A program made the translations under genes and the position numbers. The notes beneath the pieces were generated by a model, which was given only the letters and a program-made list of their open reading frames with translations, ran no database searches and was not told the DNA's origin. Positions 25,160 to 27,901 of a stretch of 27,901 nucleotides of DNA are shown here, in pieces (the first letter of the stretch is position 1; each line of letters opens with the position of its first letter). This DNA is from a virus (taxonomy: Duplodnaviria; Heunggongvirae; Uroviricota; Caudoviricetes), in IMG/VR virus record IMGVR_UViG_2684622620_000012. The stretch is one strand, 5' to 3'.

Positions 25160-26241
25160 ATACCTTTTCATAAAAAATCTGATCTTTTTCATGCACTTAC
25201 ATTTTTTCTTAGCAATTCGTGCTCTCTTGTGTAGTGCTATTCTTCATTATTGTCTAATAACGCTCTAAAACGCGTTATAACGAGATTTTGATAAAAGCAA
25301 TACATTCCCTTATGTAATGGCTGTTTAGCTCGCCAGAGGCTTATTTAAGGGGCTTATTTTGTATTTGTTAGGTATATGAAAAGGTGATGGTAGATATAAG
25401 ATAGAGAGTCACTTTATAAAACGCTCTGTAAAGCTCTGTAGTGAGCTTATATGTGTAGGCAATGCGTTTCCATTCCCTACCCTGCTTAATGCTGTTAGAG
25501 AAGCATTTAGACCCCTTATTTTTAATTACCTAAAGTATCCTCTATACACTCCTGTTATGAAACACCTCTGAATCCTTCATAAAACACATTATGACGCAAA
25601 GAACACTTTTCTAAGGTGATTCCCTTCCTGAATGCTGTTTCTTGCGTCAGAGAGCTACACAGAGCTTATAAAGCTATTATTAATAATAAAGTAGATAAAG
25701 TAAGTAAGATAAAGTAAGAAGATTAACTAAGATAGATAAGATTAATAAGATCAGAATTCTCTTTCGGTGTCGCCTCTGGCTTTTCCACCGAAAACAATTA
25801 CACGACTACAGAATGTAGGAAGTGAAATTGTATTGAGGCTTAGTGAAATTACACGAGGAAAGCAGAGTGTAATTGAGCTTTAGCCGCTCTCTCTTCGAGT
25901 AATTACACAACTACAGAGAATAACAGAGTTATTAAATGTAGGAGGGTAATTAAGAGTTAGAGAGAGTTAACACGTAAGCAATCAGTATGATTGGTTAGGT
26001 GATTACTCTTACTGCGCACAGCGCAATAGTATTTCTTCGTGGGCGTTACCGCCAACGAAGTTACACGAAGAAAGTAACGCTTTGCTTTCGGTGTGAGCGG
26101 AACGGGCCAGCCACGTAGCCCGAAAGGTAGCGGAGTAAGGCTGCTTGCCAGAGAGTGAAGCTAACGCCGGAAGGCAAAAAGATCATATAAATAAATATAT
26201 AATATTATAATTTAATAAGTAATTTAATAAATGATCTAATA

Positions 26242-26380
26242 GGTAACAGAATTCTGTGGGGGTGTCTAACAGTTTTCTGTGGGGGTGTCTAACAGAATTC
26301 TGTTAGGGTGGGGTAACAGAATTTTGTTAGGGTAAAAATCTCTTTAAAAGTTAAGATTAACAGAATTCTGTGGGGGTAGC
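26242..26380. repeat. five direct ~23 bp iterons TAACAGAATTCTGTGGGGGTGTC, each with an ACAGAATTCTGT palindrome
   Basis: Four abutting copies at 26242-26337 and a fifth at 26358-26380; variants TAACAGTTTTCTGTGGGGGTGTC, TAACAGAATTCTGTTAGGGTGGGG, TAACAGAATTTTGTTAGGGTAAAA. Confidence 0.75.
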
Positions 26381-26477
26381 TCACAGTGACCTACCGTTAC
26401 TACCAACTTTCTTACAGAGAGCATTTCAGATAGCTGAATGTAACCTCTCGTTACATCCATTTGTCACATAGCACTCA

Positions 26478-27263
26478 CTCTGTGTAATGCCTTTCTATGT
26501 GTGTGCCATAATCCCCCCTATATTCCCTGTGTAAATCATAGAATATCCCTAACTTATTCCTGTGTAATTCCATACTAAAAATTCAATGAAAAGTAGCTTA
26601 AAAGAGCAATTCTCACTTTCTTCACTTTTACATCACTTTCGCAAATCCTTGTGTAGTGCGGCTTACAGAGCACCATCAGAAATTGTTGGCTAAAAATTGT
26701 TCTGCTTGTTTCTGAACGAGTTCTCTCGTTTGTGCAAATTTTAAAATTTATTTTGTTTTTACAGCCTTATTTCGTGTAATGCGTGGCATAGCAAGCCCTT
26801 TTCTTGTGTTGTCAAAACATTTGGCAACGTTCAAACATCTGTTTAGAAATGCCAAATTGTTGATCTAACAAATAAACCTGTATAAACAGAACACCATTTA
26901 ATCTATTCCCCTGTGTAATCCACTACATCACACGATAAAAACAAAAAAACCTTTAATTATATTTCATAACATATAAAAGTCAACAGAAGCCCTCTCGTGC
27001 TCCTACGTAAAAAATCCATCACTTTTCCCCTGATACATCAATTCAAGGCGTTCTATGTGTTCCTTAGTGCATATTACGATTATTATGTTAAATGGATTTT
27101 GGCCTATATTTTGACCTGCACCCGCATAAACACTGGTTTCATCGCTTACAGCCCTTGTGAGACGTGGTGCTGTTTCTAGCATCTGATCCGACATAAAACC
27201 GATCATTCTCGTGTTTAGTGAAAGTTTAGTGAGAGACATTACAGAAAGGCTTTCTGTGTAATG
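26478..27263. repeat. dispersed same-orientation motif (T)TCCTGTGTA(A/G)T(G)C, at least 7 copies
   Basis: Copies at about 26478, 26525, 26567, 26647, 26770, 26908 and 27251, plus CTTGTGTAGTGC at 25228; spacing 45-350 bp. Confidence 0.65.
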
Positions 27264-27402
27264 ATTTAATAGGTAAAAACGATGTTGATTACGCAAGAAA
27301 ATTCCTTGCTGATATTTGGGGATTCTGGATTTTCCAGATCGGGGGGCGCTGAAAATCGCGTTAAGCACCTCTCGCAATCTAGCCATAAGGGAGGGGATTC
27401 AT

Positions 27403-27495
27403 ATGTATTTAGATGTATTTATAGCTATTTATAGCTATTTATGGCTATTTATTTTTTATTTACCTTTATTCAAAAATAACCTTATAAATCAATAA
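27403..27495 (+). CDS. putative 30 aa hydrophobic peptide (MYLDVFIAIYSYLWLFIFYLPLFKNNLINQ)
   Basis: Near-consensus SD AAGGGAGGGG 6 nt upstream of the ATG; ~22-residue hydrophobic stretch; coding sequence overlaps a tandem TATTTATAGC repeat. Not in the ORF track (under 60 aa). Confidence 0.3.
   Translation: MYLDVFIAIYSYLWLFIFYLPLFKNNLINQ
27404..27452. repeat. tandem 10 bp repeat TATTTATAGC (3-4 copies)
   Basis: GTATTTAGATGTATTTATAGCTATTTATAGCTATTTATGGCTATTTATT; followed at 27545-27580 by three CCTTAAAT(A) repeats. Confidence 0.6.
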
Positions 27496-27742
27496 GATGC
27501 AGAGCTATCTGTTTATATTTTAATCAATTAAATCAAGTTTAATACCCTTAAATCCCCTTAAAATAGCCTTAAATACCCCAATAATTAATTTTAAGGTTTT
27601 CCGTGTTCTCTTCTGCATTATGAAAATGCAAAATAAGGCACAAAACAAGCTCACAGACGCATTAAACACACATCACATATACATCCCTATACCAAGCAAT
27701 GAAAACAGCGTTAGAATGCGTCTTGTTGCGTTCTGGAGATTT

Positions 27743-27901
27743 TCAGAAATCCTCTCTAAGCCATTTCAACTCACTAAGGAGTTTTCTTTCTTCGTTCTCT
27801 CGTTGCTTTCGCTCTAGCCAGGCTTTTCCCTCTGGCGTAGACAGGAACTTACGAGCGTGAATCTTGCGGTTATTACGTTTTATAGCTGCAATGTTTTTCA
27901 T
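27743..27901 (-). CDS. small basic protein, 52 aa, starting at the window edge (possibly 5'-truncated)
   Basis: ATG at 27899-27901, TGA at 27743-27745; K/R/E-rich; RBS cannot be assessed because it lies outside the window; plus-strand ORF 27620..27817 competes. Confidence 0.3.
   Translation of the reverse strand: MKNIAAIKRNNRKIHARKFLSTPEGKAWLERKQRENEERKLLSELKWLREDF

Noticed and set aside
26242-26380. Considered whether the five tandem ~23 bp repeats are a CRISPR array
   Set aside because: Repeats abut each other without intervening unique spacers, are only ~23 bp, and no cas genes are nearby; they behave like iterons.
27003-27386. Minus-strand ORF of 127 aa
   Set aside because: No RBS (upstream is C-rich anti-SD-like), spans dispersed repeat copies, and its ATG directly abuts the strong plus-strand SD of the small peptide ORF; more likely non-coding, though not excluded.
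27620-27817. Plus-strand ORF of 65 aa
   Set aside because: No SD, odd composition, and overlaps the minus-strand basic ORF that begins at the window edge; kept the latter at low confidence instead.

Overview
This 27.9 kb window reads as a mosaic of mobile-element DNA with no rRNA, tRNA or CRISPR array that I can support. Coordinates follow the supplied ORF track; family names come from motif recognition by eye, not from any database search. (1) 1-5.7 kb: a ~50% GC backbone carrying AT-rich cargo (a two-TM membrane protein, a lipoprotein plus small membrane protein cassette), an HTH protein next to an array of TTGACACTTTT repeats, a PerC-like regulator, a FinO/ProQ-domain protein, and a truncated IS66-family transposase remnant. 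(2) about 5.96-16.3 kb: a P4/PICI-like integrative island, all genes on the minus strand, with a P4-type tyrosine integrase, AlpA, an antirepressor, an operon of six small overlapping genes, a RecA-like replicative helicase beside an iteron-rich origin-like region, a decayed D5/P4-alpha-type helicase fragment, and AT-rich cargo (a ClpP/SDH-like serine peptidase module and a coiled-coil protein between int and alpA). (3) 16.5-27.9 kb: a strongly AT-rich second element with a divergent second tyrosine recombinase, a long minus-strand operon (RHH protein, winged-helix Rep-like protein, phage structural-like proteins including a tape-measure-like 612 aa protein), and a ~2 kb non-coding hub with at least four repeat families, a GC-rich structured segment and a small hydrophobic peptide ORF. 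The best candidates for an undescribed system are the AT-rich cargo modules in the island and the repeat-rich hub of the second element; I cannot name a known defence family for any of them.
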